DNA of 64,000 bases from Pseudescherichia sp. GTDB lineage: Bacteria > Pseudomonadota > Gammaproteobacteria > Enterobacterales > Enterobacteriaceae. The notes beneath the pieces are model-generated. The model did not search any database. It saw only the letters and a list, made by a program, of their open reading frames with translations, and was not told the origin of the DNA. The stretch spans positions 46,665-110,664 of the forward strand of contig NZ_DAMACX010000001.1 in assembly GCF_031998825.1 (NCBI RefSeq). Direction: 5' to 3'. Made by a program: the position numbers and the translations under genes. Each line of letters starts with the position of its first letter. Within the stretch, counting starts at the first letter, position 1. Below, one piece after another: positions 12,388 to 22,393 of the stretch.

Positions 12388-13388
12388 AATGGTATCCATG
12401 GTTACGCCCCGATTTTGAACGTCTGGTTGCCAGCTATCAGGCCGGACGCGGACACCATGCGCTACTGATCCACGCTCTGCCCGGAATGGGCGATGAGGCA
12501 TTAATCTACGCCCTGACGCGTTATCTGCTCTGCCAGCAGCCTGACGGACATAAAAGCTGCGGTCGCTGCCGCGGCTGTCAGCTGATGCAGGCGGGAACCC
12601 ATCCGGATTACTACCTGCTGGAGCCAGAGAAGGGCAAAAGCACGCTGGGCATCGACGCGGTGCGCGAGGTCAGCGAAAAGCTCTACGAACATGCGCGCCT
12701 GGGCGGGGCGAAGGTGGTTTGGGTTAGCGACGCGGCCCGGCTGACCGAGGCCGCCGCCAACGCGCTGCTGAAAACCCTGGAGGAGCCGCCAGCTAATACC
12801 TGGTTCTTCCTCGCCTGTCGCGAACCTGCCCGTCTGCTGGCGACTCTGCGCAGCCGCTGCCGTCTGCATCACCTTGCGCCACCGGACGAGCGTTACGCCT
12901 GTGCCTGGCTGGCGCGTGAGGTTCAGACGTCGTCCGAGGCGATCCTGACGGCTTTGCGCCTCTGCGGCGGTGCGCCGGGCACGGCGCAAATTATGCTCGC
13001 TACCGATGCCTGGGCGCAGCGTCAGGCGCTGTGTGCCGCAGTAGATGCGGCGCTGACCAGCAGCGACTGGCTCTCTCTGCTGCCTGCGCTGAACCATGAC
13101 AGCGTCGCCGATCGCCTGCACTGGCTGGCTTCGCTCTATCTCGACGCCATGAAAATCCAGCAAGGAGCGACGCTGCTTAGCAACGCCGATGCCCATCCGC
13201 TGGTGATCCGACTGGCTAAAATTATCGCGCCTGCCCGGTTGCGCGTTATCTTAGCGGCGATCTTTACCTGCCGGGAGCAGCTGTTGGCCGTGACCAGCGT
13301 CAATCGCGAACTGCTGTTAACCGATTTACTCCTGAGCCAGGAGCACTGGCTGCAACCCGACGCCGTGCTGCCTGTATCCCATCTTTAA
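12384..13388 (+). CDS. holB: DNA polymerase III delta-prime subunit
   Basis: 334 aa, [44 protein letters not shown]...[10 protein letters not shown] (zinc module). ATGA overlap with tmk. Confidence 0.93.
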   Translation: MKWYPWLRPDFERLVASYQAGRGHHALLIHALPGMGDEALIYALTRYLLCQQPDGHKSCGRCRGCQLMQAGTHPDYYLLEPEKGKSTLGIDAVREVSEKLYEHARLGGAKVVWVSDAARLTEAAANALLKTLEEPPANTWFFLACREPARLLATLRSRCRLHHLAPPDERYACAWLAREVQTSSEAILTALRLCGGAPGTAQIMLATDAWAQRQALCAAVDAALTSSDWLSLLPALNHDSVADRLHWLASLYLDAMKIQQGATLLSNADAHPLVIRLAKIIAPARLRVILAAIFTCREQLLAVTSVNRELLLTDLLLSQEHWLQPDAVLPVSHL

Positions 13389-13398
13389 GAGAGACATT

Positions 13399-14196
13399 AT
13401 GTTTTTAGTCGACTCCCACTGCCATCTCGATGGCCTTGATTATCAATCTCTGCACCGGGACGTGGACGACGTGCTGGCGAAAGCCGCTGCCCGCGACGTT
13501 AAGTTCTGCCTCGCCGTGGCCACCACATTGCCGGGCTACCGCGCCATGCGTGAGCTGGTGGGCAATCGTGACAACGTCGCGTTCTCCTGCGGCGTACATC
13601 CGCTCAATCAGGACGAGGTGTATGACGTCGAGGAGCTACGTATCCTGGCGGCAGAAGAGGGCGTCGTCGCTATGGGCGAGACGGGGCTGGACTACTTCTA
13701 TACCCCGGAAACCAAACCCATCCAGCAGGAGTCGTTTCGCAACCATATCCGCATTGGCCGCGAGCTGAACAAGCCGGTGATTGTCCATACCCGCGATGCC
13801 CGCGAAGATACGCTGGCGATTCTGACCGAGGAAAAGGTGACGGATTGCGGTGGCGTACTACACTGTTTCACAGAAGACAGAGAAACGGCAGGTAAGCTGC
13901 TGGATATGGGCTTCTATATTTCGTTCTCTGGCATTGTTACGTTCCGTAACGCTGAACAGCTGCGCGACGCTGCACGCTATGTGCCGCTGGACAGAATGCT
14001 GGTAGAGACGGATTCACCCTATCTGGCACCGGTACCGCACCGGGGCAAAGAGAACCAGCCCGCAATGACCCGCGACGTGGCGGAGTATATGGCGGTGCTG
14101 AAAGGCGTATCGCTGGACGAGCTGGCGCAGCAGACCACGCAAAACTTCGCCACGCTGTTCCACATTGACCCCGCGCGCCTGTTATCCCGCCCATAA
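13399..14196 (+). CDS. ycfH: TatD-family metal-dependent DNase/hydrolase YcfH
   Basis: 265 aa, MFLVDSHCHLDGLDY... (HxH motif), ...VETDSPYLAPVPHRGKENQPA. Confidence 0.9.
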   Translation: MFLVDSHCHLDGLDYQSLHRDVDDVLAKAAARDVKFCLAVATTLPGYRAMRELVGNRDNVAFSCGVHPLNQDEVYDVEELRILAAEEGVVAMGETGLDYFYTPETKPIQQESFRNHIRIGRELNKPVIVHTRDAREDTLAILTEEKVTDCGGVLHCFTEDRETAGKLLDMGFYISFSGIVTFRNAEQLRDAARYVPLDRMLVETDSPYLAPVPHRGKENQPAMTRDVAEYMAVLKGVSLDELAQQTTQNFATLFHIDPARLLSRP

Positions 14197-14335
14197 GTCT
14201 GTTTTTTTAAGGCTCGTAATTAATTGTCAATGCGAGTAGAGTGCACCGCCATAAACTTGGCGGTGAATCGAGTTTTTGATACTTTCAGACACCGTTTTTG
14301 TAAATAAGTGAAAGTTTTCAGGTGACCACGTTTTG

Positions 14336-14357
14336 AAACGTGATAACCGTCAAACAA
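14336..14357 (+). promoter_or_regulatory. CRP-binding site of the ptsG P1 promoter
   Basis: aaacGTGAtaaccgTCAaacaa matches the remembered E. coli ptsG CRP site (AAACGTGATAGCCGTCAAACAA) at the same distance from the start codon. Confidence 0.5.
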
Positions 14358-14369
14358 ACTTAGGGCGAT

Positions 14370-14394
14370 TTATTTTACTCTGTGTAATAAATAA
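14370..14394 (+). promoter_or_regulatory. Mlc (DgsA) operator overlapping ptsG promoter
   Basis: TTATTTTACTCTGTGTAATAAATAA, a palindromic TTATTT...AAATAA element identical to the remembered E. coli ptsG Mlc operator. Confidence 0.55.
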
Positions 14395-14491
14395 AGGGCA
14401 CTTAGATGCTCTGTCCAGGGCGCGGTTCTCCCCCCGTGCCAATGCGTGAAAACGTACAAAAAAGCACAAATACTCAGGAGCACTCTCAATT

Positions 14492-15925
14492 ATGTTTAAG
14501 AATGCATTTGCTAACCTGCAAAAGGTCGGTAAATCACTGATGCTGCCCGTTTCCGTACTGCCCATCGCAGGGATCCTGCTTGGCGTCGGTTCGGCAAACT
14601 TTACCTGGCTTCCAGAAGTGGTTTCCCATGTTATGGCAGAAGCGGGCGGTTCCGTTTTTGCTAACATGCCTCTGATTTTCGCTATCGGTGTTGCGCTTGG
14701 CTTCACCAATAACGATGGCGTGTCTGCGCTGGCGGCAGTGGTTGCCTATGGCATTATGGTGAAAACCATGGCCGTGGTTGCGCCGCTGGTGCTGCATCTG
14801 CCTGCGGAAGAGATCGCGGCGAAACACCTGGCGGATACCGGTGTTCTCGGCGGGATCATCGCGGGTGCGATTGCTGCCTACATGTTTAACCGCTTCTACC
14901 GTATCAAGCTCCCTGAGTATCTGGGCTTCTTCGCCGGTAAGCGTTTCGTGCCGATCATCTCTGGTCTGGCTGCGATCTTCATGGGCGTGATCCTCTCCTT
15001 CATTTGGCCACCGATCGGTACGGCTATCCAGACCTTCTCCCAGTGGGCTGCTTACCAGAACCCGGTTGTGGCGTTTGGTATCTACGGCTTCATTGAGCGC
15101 TGCCTGGTACCGTTTGGTCTGCACCACATCTGGAACGTTCCTTTCCAGATGCAGATTGGTGAATACACCAACGCGGCAGGCCAGGTCTTCCACGGCGATA
15201 TCCCGCGCTATATGGCAGGCGACCCGACCGCAGGTAAACTCTCCGGTGGCTTCCTGTTCAAAATGTACGGCCTGCCGGCTGCTGCGATTGCCATCTGGCA
15301 CTCTGCAAAACCGGAAAACCGTGCCAAAGTGGGCGGGATCATGATCTCCGCCGCGCTGACCTCGTTCCTGACCGGTATCACCGAGCCGATCGAGTTCTCC
15401 TTCATGTTCGTTGCGCCGATCCTCTACGCAATCCATGCGGTGCTGGCAGGTCTGGCCTTCCCGATCTGTATCCTGCTGGGTATGCGTGACGGGACCTCCT
15501 TCTCGCACGGTCTGATCGACTTCATCGTGCTGAGCGGTAACGGCAGCAAACTGTGGCTGTTCCCGATTGTCGGCCTGTGCTACGCGGCAATCTACTACAC
15601 CGTGTTCCGCGTGCTGATCAAAGCGCTTGATCTGAAAACGCCGGGCCGTGAAGACGCAACCGAAGATTCTAAAGCTGGCGCAACCAGCGAGATGGCTCCG
15701 GCGCTGGTCTCCGCCTTCGGTGGTAAAGAGAACATCACTAACCTCGACGCCTGTATTACGCGTCTGCGCGTGAGCGTGGCCGACGTGGCGAAGGTTGACC
15801 AGGCTGGCCTGAAGAAACTGGGTGCAGCGGGTGTGGTGGTTGCAGGTTCGGGCGTTCAGGCAATTTTCGGTACTAAATCCGATAACCTGAAAACCGAAAT
15901 GGATGAGTACATCCGCAACAGCTAA
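14492..15925 (+). CDS. ptsG: PTS glucose-specific EIICB component
   Basis: 477 aa, [33 protein letters not shown]... C-terminal EIIB has [13 protein letters not shown]. Confidence 0.97.
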   Translation: MFKNAFANLQKVGKSLMLPVSVLPIAGILLGVGSANFTWLPEVVSHVMAEAGGSVFANMPLIFAIGVALGFTNNDGVSALAAVVAYGIMVKTMAVVAPLVLHLPAEEIAAKHLADTGVLGGIIAGAIAAYMFNRFYRIKLPEYLGFFAGKRFVPIISGLAAIFMGVILSFIWPPIGTAIQTFSQWAAYQNPVVAFGIYGFIERCLVPFGLHHIWNVPFQMQIGEYTNAAGQVFHGDIPRYMAGDPTAGKLSGGFLFKMYGLPAAAIAIWHSAKPENRAKVGGIMISAALTSFLTGITEPIEFSFMFVAPILYAIHAVLAGLAFPICILLGMRDGTSFSHGLIDFIVLSGNGSKLWLFPIVGLCYAAIYYTVFRVLIKALDLKTPGREDATEDSKAGATSEMAPALVSAFGGKENITNLDACITRLRVSVADVAKVDQAGLKKLGAAGVVVAGSGVQAIFGTKSDNLKTEMDEYIRNS

Positions 15926-15946
15926 TTTGCAGTCTGGGGAGACTGA

Positions 15947-15970
15947 GGGAGCCGCAAGGCTCCCTTTTTT
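15947..15970 (+). terminator. Intrinsic terminator of ptsG
   Basis: gggagcc-gcaa-ggctccc followed by T6. Confidence 0.8.
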
Positions 15971-16081
15971 ATTGCTTACCTTTTGGTAATTCATGCCCTT
16001 AAGGCGTAATCACTATGATAAGTAATAAATGGAGGCTAAGCTTTTCATACCTGTCTAATGCTGAAACAGAGAGTAATTTGT

Positions 16082-17185
16082 ATGTCTCAACCAACACTAT
16101 TTACCCCGCTACGCATCAGGAATCTGGAGATTGAAAACCGGATCGTGATCGCACCAATGTGTCAGTACTCTGCTGAAGAGGGATGCATGACTGACTGGCA
16201 CGTGATGCATCTGGGACAGCTGGCGCAATCCGGTGCGGGTTTACTGACGATTGAAGCCACCGCCGTCTCCCCTGAAGGGCGCATCACCTATGCTGATGTC
16301 GGTCTCTATGATGATAAGTCTGAGGCAGCCATGGCCCGGGTGCTTGATGCGGTCCGTAAATGGTCGGATATGCCGATTGCGATCCAGCTGGCTCACGCAG
16401 GACGGAAAGCATCGACCTACAAGCCGTGGGATAAACAGGGCCAAATCGCGCCTGACCAGCAGGGCGGCTGGCAAACGTTAGCGCCTTCCGCCGTTCCCTA
16501 CAGCTCGGGCTATACGCCTCCTACAGCGCTGGACAGTGCCGGGCTAGACGAGATCCGCACCCAGTTTGCCAATGCCGCGAAACGCGCTGCCAAACTGGAT
16601 ATCGATCTGATTCAAATTCACGCCGCGCATGGCTATCTGCTGCATCAGTTTCTGTCGCCGCTATCGAACCAGCGTACCGATGAGTACGGCGGCTCGCTGG
16701 AGAACCGTGCCAGATTCCCACTGGAAATTTTTGACGTAGTTCGGGAAGCCTTCCCGGCAGAAAAAGCGATCAGCGTGCGCATCTCCGCGACCGACTGGGT
16801 TGAGGGCGGATTCGATATTGCAGAGGCCGTGGCGTTTGCCAAAATGCTTGAGGCGCGTGGGGTTGATGCTATCCATGTTTCCAGCGGTGGTCTCCATCCC
16901 GACCAACAGATCGATGTCTATCCGGGCTATCAGGTTCCGCTAGCAAGAGCGGTGAAATCTGCGGTGAGCATTCCGGTTGTGGCCGTTGGACTGATCACCG
17001 AGCCGCAACACGCCGAGGCAATCGTCTCGAGCGGCGATGCAGATATTATCGGGATTGCACGCACGGCGCTGTACGATCCGCGTTGGCCCTGGCACGCTGC
17101 GGCGACACTGGGTGCACAGGTGCGGGCCGCCAGCCAGTACCTTCGTTGCCAGCCGCATACGCTTAAAAACCTGTTTAAGTCCTGA
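16082..17185 (+). CDS. NADH:flavin oxidoreductase, Old Yellow Enzyme family (YqjM/NamA-like)
   Basis: ORF 16058..17185. ATG 16082 gives MSQPTLFTPLRIRNLEIENRIVIAPMCQYSAEEG...HAAHGYLLHQFLSPLSNQRTDEYGGSLENR, typical OYE motifs. Confidence 0.85.
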   Translation: MSQPTLFTPLRIRNLEIENRIVIAPMCQYSAEEGCMTDWHVMHLGQLAQSGAGLLTIEATAVSPEGRITYADVGLYDDKSEAAMARVLDAVRKWSDMPIAIQLAHAGRKASTYKPWDKQGQIAPDQQGGWQTLAPSAVPYSSGYTPPTALDSAGLDEIRTQFANAAKRAAKLDIDLIQIHAAHGYLLHQFLSPLSNQRTDEYGGSLENRARFPLEIFDVVREAFPAEKAISVRISATDWVEGGFDIAEAVAFAKMLEARGVDAIHVSSGGLHPDQQIDVYPGYQVPLARAVKSAVSIPVVAVGLITEPQHAEAIVSSGDADIIGIARTALYDPRWPWHAAATLGAQVRAASQYLRCQPHTLKNLFKS

Positions 17186-17419
17186 CACAGCAGGTGGGGG
17201 CAACCCGCCTTTTCAGAGCGGGTGTGGTTGAGATGAGATAACCTGGAATTACGTGTACATCACTCAGGCCCTTATTGCGGGGCCTGCTTGAGTAACAGTT
17301 GCGCGACCTGTCGAGCATCGTCAGCGGCTGATCTATTTCCAGTTGCTGGGTCAGCGTGAACATAGCCAGAATGCGCTCCTGCGGGGTATCCGCCTTATTA
17401 CGTTCTGCCCGTAAGATAA

Positions 17420-18496
17420 CTACTCATTCCCAGGGACACCAGGACCAATCAATGTAGCCCTTACCTGAGGAAGACTCTGCGGATAATTTTGTTGAATAAA
17501 CTCAATCATTTTTTCCCGCACGTGACAGCGTAAATCGAAGGCCATAGGTGAATTTTGCGCCGTCATTAACAATCTGATTGTCATGCTCTTTTCAGTCGTA
17601 TCGGTAACCTGGAGGACCTGCGTTTGTTGATCCCAGAGTTTTGTTTCACTGAGCACCTTTTCAAAGTGTTTTCGAAGAGGCTCTAAGGGCATCGAATAAT
17701 CCAGATAAAGAAAAACAGAGCCTAAAATTTGTGCATTGTTACGCGTCCAGTTTTGAAATGGATTTTCTGTAAAGTAGGTAATCGGTAAGACCAGTCGGCG
17801 CAGATCCCAGAGACGCACTACAACATACGTCAGGTTTATCTCTTCAATCCAACCCCACTCTTTTTCAACCACCACAGCATCATCGATTTTTATGGGTTGC
17901 GTAAACGCTATCTGAATTCCGGCAAACAAATTGACAAGCGATTTCTGTAGGGCAAAACCAATTATTATTCCGGCAACCCCTGCACCGGCCAGGATGGTCG
18001 TGCCAAATTTTCTAACGCCAGGGAAGCTAAGTAGAATCAGTGAAAGACAGAACGTCACAAGCACAACAATAGCGACTTTCTTAACATACATTATCTGAGT
18101 GCGAATTTTGCGGGCACGAAGATTATTCGATATATTAATATCATAACGTATGAAAAGCATATCCTGTGCAACATTAATCAATCGAATCAGCACAGAGCAA
18201 AATGACAATATAATAAATATATTGATTGCAGTTATAATAAATAGAAAGGATTCAGGTTGAATGTGGACATAATTAACCCCTATGCGTATTAACAGCAGAG
18301 GAATGAAAAGAAACATTGATCCACGAAGGTGTTTCTCCAGTGATTTGAATAGCTTTCTGTCGCGACTCTGCCAGTAGCGGATGAATCGTAGAAGTATAAA
18401 TCTCGCGAGAAAACCTACCGCGAGCGAGAGAGTCACGACCAATACCGCAGGCACCCATGTCGGCGCGACAGATAACTCACCAAATAAAAAAGACAT
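17420..18496 (-). CDS. Mechanosensitive ion channel family protein (MscS-like)
   Basis: 358 aa with several N-terminal TM segments, then ...GVAGIIIGFALQKSLVNLFAGIQIAFTQPIKIDDAVVVEKEWGWIEEINLTYVVVRLWDLRRLVLP..., the MscS pore helix/beta-domain signature. Visibly AT-rich. Confidence 0.8.
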   Translation of the reverse strand: MSFLFGELSVAPTWVPAVLVVTLSLAVGFLARFILLRFIRYWQSRDRKLFKSLEKHLRGSMFLFIPLLLIRIGVNYVHIQPESFLFIITAINIFIILSFCSVLIRLINVAQDMLFIRYDINISNNLRARKIRTQIMYVKKVAIVVLVTFCLSLILLSFPGVRKFGTTILAGAGVAGIIIGFALQKSLVNLFAGIQIAFTQPIKIDDAVVVEKEWGWIEEINLTYVVVRLWDLRRLVLPITYFTENPFQNWTRNNAQILGSVFLYLDYSMPLEPLRKHFEKVLSETKLWDQQTQVLQVTDTTEKSMTIRLLMTAQNSPMAFDLRCHVREKMIEFIQQNYPQSLPQVRATLIGPGVPGNE

Positions 18497-18916
18497 TGTT
18501 TCCCCTTATATCCTGCCAACAACCCTATATTATTTGTTCGGTAAAAATCTTTCATCTTACTCTTGAAGCTAATCACTATATTAGCCTGCTTTACGCGCAT
18601 TTTTAGAAGAAAAGGATGAAAATCTTGCCTGTAAAACTTAACGAGGATGTGTAACGTGCTGAGTAGTAAAGGAGCCTTTATTTTGCGACAGCGAGGCGTT
18701 ATGCGTGGCGCGCCGCAACATAGAGAGAATGGACGCAGTAGAATGGCCGTGGCGCTTGAGGCTTTTTGCCTCATAACGTTGAGGTGGTAAAGATGTGGTG
18801 AGGCAGAAAGAAGAAAGCCCCGAAGGTCATTTTTCAATTAACCAACGAGGCCTACTCTATGCCTGGACAACATCAGAGTAGCCGTTTACCCGCCGCAAGG
18901 CGGAGAAGAAGGCTAT

Positions 18917-20430
18917 TGTTAACGCCAGGCTGTAATATCCCCTTTAAACCATCCTAAAATGTCCCCGTCGATTTTTCGGGGATATTTTTCATGCGCAAAG
19001 AGACAGTTACAATGAGCTATAAGGAACTCGACAGGCTTCAGATTATTCAGGGCTCTGTGAACAGACATATTACTCAGGAGCAGGCAGCATTGCGTATGGG
19101 TATATCTGTTCGTCAGGTTAAAAGACTGGTGAACCGGTACCGAAATGAAGGACCTGCCGGTCTGGTTTCTCGCCGTCGCGGGAAGCGACCCAATAATGCA
19201 TTTACTCCTGAATTCAAAGCGGCTGTTATATCTCTCCTGAAAGAACGTTACTCAGATTTCGGTCCCACTCTTGCCGGTGAGAAACTGCGCGAGGTTCACG
19301 GCTTATCTCTATCAACTGAAACACTCAGAAAGTGGATGGTGGAGGAAGGGTTGTGGCGGGAACGTCGGCGTAAAATTGCCCGAATCTACCAGCGCCGCAT
19401 GCGTCGTCCTTCGTACGGCGAACTGATCCAGATTGATGGGTCTCCTCATGACTGGTTTGAGGCACGAGGTCCGCGATGTACCCTAATTGTCTTTATTGAT
19501 GATGCCACCAGTGCCCTGATGGCGCTGCGCTTCGCCCCGCGGAAACGACCCGTGCTTATATGGAGACGCTCCGGGGATACCTCACAGATCATGGGGTACC
19601 CCTGGCTCTCTATTCGGATCGGCACAGTATATTTCGCGTAAATAACCCGGAGCGCGAAGGGGAGCTGACCCAGTTTACCCGGGCGATTAAGATCCTGCGT
19701 ATAGAGCCCATTCATGCCAACACGCCTCAGGCAAAAGGTCGCGTTGAGCGGGCAAACCAGACGCTCCAGGACCGGCTGGTAAAAGAACTGCGCCTTCAGG
19801 GGATCAGCGATATCGAAACGGCAAACGCATGGTTGCCGGAGTTTATTGAAGCGTATAATAACCGCTTTGCCACCGCACCCCGTGACTCTGCTAATGCCCA
19901 TCTCGATGTACACCATTCGGAAGAAGAGCTGAACCATATCTTCAGCTATCAGGCGAAACGAGTTCTCTCAAAAAACCTCACCTTTCAGTACAAAACCAGT
20001 GCGTTCCAGATACGCAGTGAAGGGCGCGGTTACCGGCTCCGTAATTCAGTTGTTACCGTGTGTGAGAGTTTTGAAGGAGAGATTGCTGTTCTGTATGAGG
20101 GCAGGGCACTGGGCTGGGAAAAATATGTCGACGGACCTGAACCCATACCTCTTGACGACGAAAAAAGCGTCCACGAGCGGGTGGACAGGGCCCGGGTAAA
20201 TCTGCGCTCAAAATACTATGTCAAACCTAAAGCAGATCATCCCTGGCATACCCGCAGAACGCAAAGTCATGAACAGGCAAAGCCGCCACGATTACCTGCA
20301 AGGAAATCGGATATGGATAAACCGGACTGAAACTAAACGCACAGGGTTGAATGCATACAAGGTCAAAGCGTAGATAACTGTGCTGTGTTTCTGACGTTTT
20401 TGTTTGGGTGGTAGCCACTATTTTAACGGT
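18917..20430 (+). mobile_element. Degraded ISNCY (IS1202-group)-like insertion sequence; ends not defined
   Basis: Contains the frameshifted transposase below. I could not identify terminal inverted repeats, so the boundaries are approximate guesses. Confidence 0.35.
18991..20330 (+). pseudogene. ISNCY-family (IS1202-group) transposase, split by a 1-nt frameshift
   Basis: ORF 18991..19641 (HTH ...QEQAALRMGISVRQVKRLVNRY...IQIDGSPHDWFE...LIVFIDDATSALMALRFAP) continues in another frame as ...AETTRAYMETLRGYLTDHGVPLALYSDRHSIF...QAKGRVERANQTLQDRL (DDE integrase core; ORF 19560..20330). The two frames join at ccccGcggaaacg (about 19539), consistent with loss of one base. Confidence 0.8.
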
Positions 20431-20496
20431 AGCGCGTCAGAAGAGCACTCAGCTGGTTATAGCAGTAGGTTTCTCGCAAGGCAGGGTAGAAGCGTA

Positions 20497-21798
20497 TCAC
20501 TGAACTGAGATGTGATGAATTCGGAATGCATCGTTAGGTGATGTTGTGAAGACAATCACCTGACGATATTTCAGACTACCGAGTCTTAACTGCTGTTCCA
20601 TCATATCGTAGTAGTGGTACATCTTTTTACCTGTATCGAGCTCAACAATATACAAGCCAAGTATAGATTGACCAATAACTGGGGTAAATGCAATTTTCAG
20701 CACCTGAAATTTTGCTGCAAAATTGAGTAGATAAGGTGATGGGAAGTTCGGACGAATCACCCCATCACTGAGGGATAAGTGACCTTTGAGGACGACATCT
20801 CCAACGACATAATTCCCTACATCTACCTCATGGAATAGAATGCGGGCACGCGAAGAGGAGCTTAAGTGCCTGACCGTTAAAATTTGCTCGGCTCTCCTCT
20901 CTGGAGTTAGTAGCTGACTCATAGCCAAATCAACGCTTTCCTTTAAAATTCCCAACTTATATGTCGCTAATGTGTGTTGATCATAACTGAACTTATTTAT
21001 GCTAGGTGCCTTAGGGTAGAGAGTTTGCCGATCAAAGCCCCGTTGATTGTATTGTAAAGTATCGAAGTGCTCACCAATTGACCCAATATAACGAGCATTC
21101 ACCGTCATAGTATTCAACCGGGCAACTCCCAAATAAAGTGATGCTAAATTCTTAGCTCGATCTTGCGAAGTGGGGAGTGGACCAAAGCCTAGTGAACTAT
21201 AGAACCTCCAGATGGCTTTTTTGTCGCGAAATCGGTAGTCATTTCGTTTAACAATAGATAGATAAGGCTCTAATACCATTTTACGGTCGAGCCAGTTATT
21301 TCTTTTTAGAGCAAAACCCCAATTGAAACCCGCATGTATAAGCCTCTGTTCGTTATTTTTTTGGTATTCAAGTGAAGTGTGGTACTCAGGACCACAGCAG
21401 GTCACCATGCCGACTTGATTGTTACTCAGATAAGTTCGAACCAGAGCATTGAGAAGTTGAAAATAATGAGGCTGGACGACTAAATCATCCTCAAAGAAAA
21501 AGGCGTATTCTGCCTGGAGTTCTTCAAATACAAATCGCTCAGCACGGTCATAATTTAGAGCGATACCAATATTTTCCCGATTAGAGTGTACCACTCCCAA
21601 AGGAAAATACGATTGAAAGAGTTGGACGCACTGATCAGTTAATGCAATTTCATCTTGCTCTAGTCTCGGCCCGTCCTGAAACAAATGATATGTAAATTGG
21701 TGATGTTCAACAAGATCTTGCTGACTTAGGCTATCTAATACTGTTTGTAGATATTGTGGGCGATTATAAGACAAAATCACAACAGGCACTTCATTCAT
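20497..21798 (-). CDS. GT-A fold glycosyltransferase (EDD motif) with unassigned C-terminal domain
   Basis: ORF 20497..21801 with ATG at 21798. N-terminus VPVVILSYNRPQYLQTVLDSL...AFFFEDDLVVQPHYFQLL resembles GT2/GT13 (GnT-I-like EDD) nucleotide-sugar transferases. The last ~200 aa have no motif I recognise. Start overlaps the upstream stop (ATGAATGA). Confidence 0.7.
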   Translation of the reverse strand: MNEVPVVILSYNRPQYLQTVLDSLSQQDLVEHHQFTYHLFQDGPRLEQDEIALTDQCVQLFQSYFPLGVVHSNRENIGIALNYDRAERFVFEELQAEYAFFFEDDLVVQPHYFQLLNALVRTYLSNNQVGMVTCCGPEYHTSLEYQKNNEQRLIHAGFNWGFALKRNNWLDRKMVLEPYLSIVKRNDYRFRDKKAIWRFYSSLGFGPLPTSQDRAKNLASLYLGVARLNTMTVNARYIGSIGEHFDTLQYNQRGFDRQTLYPKAPSINKFSYDQHTLATYKLGILKESVDLAMSQLLTPERRAEQILTVRHLSSSSRARILFHEVDVGNYVVGDVVLKGHLSLSDGVIRPNFPSPYLLNFAAKFQVLKIAFTPVIGQSILGLYIVELDTGKKMYHYYDMMEQQLRLGSLKYRQVIVFTTSPNDAFRIHHISVQ

Positions 21799-22393
21799 CA
21801 ATCAGCACCTTGTGTAGGACTCTGGTTTGATTGAGTGTATTGTGGAACGCCAAGCGACCATGCAGAGAAGAGTGATTATCCACTATTAATCCATCACCAG
21901 CCTCAAGCTTGATTTTGAGTACATTTTTCTTGAGTTCAGCTACAAATGCTAACCAAGCATCTAGAAAATATTGAGAACGCACCTTCTCAATACTGCGGTA
22001 ATTGTGAGGGACACGAATAATATCGTTAGAGTAAATTTGATAGGTACATCGATTACCAACTTTTTCATGGGCTACGCTTTCCTTATTTAAAACCTCGAGG
22101 ATATGTGGTGACACACATCTACTCACATTGCCAATCAGTAAAGACTCTCCTCCAACAGGGGCCGGACTCTCACAAAATAATAAGAGATAGCGTGGAGGTA
22201 CAGGGCTCCAGAAAATATCAGTATGAGGTGGTACCAGGATGTTTGAATGCTCTACTGTCCCTGCTCCCTGAAACTTTATAGTTTTGGTAGAAAAAATCTT
22301 ATGGTGAGGTAAGTACGACCTAAGTGTCGAAATATTGCCCACATCTTTCAAATGCACCCAGCCCTCTACGGCTAACCGTTCCGATATATTCAC
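21791..22393 (-). CDS. TauD/TfdA-like Fe(II)/2-oxoglutarate dioxygenase (short form)
   Basis: 200 aa, GTG start in a GTGA overlap with the upstream stop. Has ...NILVPPHTDIFWSPVPPRYLLLFC...GGESLL...IVDNHSSLHGRLAF (HxD...H facial triad plus Arg pattern of the TauD family). Confidence 0.7.
   Translation of the reverse strand: MNISERLAVEGWVHLKDVGNISTLRSYLPHHKIFSTKTIKFQGAGTVEHSNILVPPHTDIFWSPVPPRYLLLFCESPAPVGGESLLIGNVSRCVSPHILEVLNKESVAHEKVGNRCTYQIYSNDIIRVPHNYRSIEKVRSQYFLDAWLAFVAELKKNVLKIKLEAGDGLIVDNHSSLHGRLAFHNTLNQTRVLHKVLIDE

Noticed and set aside
17175-17363. Minus-strand ORF (62 aa), with upstream in-frame stretch ...RAERNKADTPQERILAMFTLTQQLEIDQPL..., considered as a TetR-like regulator remnant next to the OYE gene.
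   Set aside because: There is no HTH region, no start context, and only vague resemblance. I cannot support a call.
18433-18837. 134-aa minus ORF upstream of the MscS-like gene, and 23945..24178 (-) upstream of the peptide operon.
   Set aside because: Both lie in AT-rich intergenic DNA. They have odd composition (Arg/Leu/Ser/Cys-rich) and no SD or motifs. They are likely promoter/leader regions.
18902-18916. The 15-nt string GGAGAAGAAGGCTAT is identical to the SD/start region of the hok gene (51475-51489). It lies just left of the IS. A hok-3'-end-like hairpin, GGTGGGGGCAACCCGCCTTTTCAG, lies at about 17197-17220. Together they could be a second hok locus destroyed by the IS.
   Set aside because: The matches are short. 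DNA right of the IS (20331-20496) does not encode a recognisable Hok remainder. The order of the two pieces is wrong for a single interrupted gene. This is possibly coincidence or unrelated terminator similarity.
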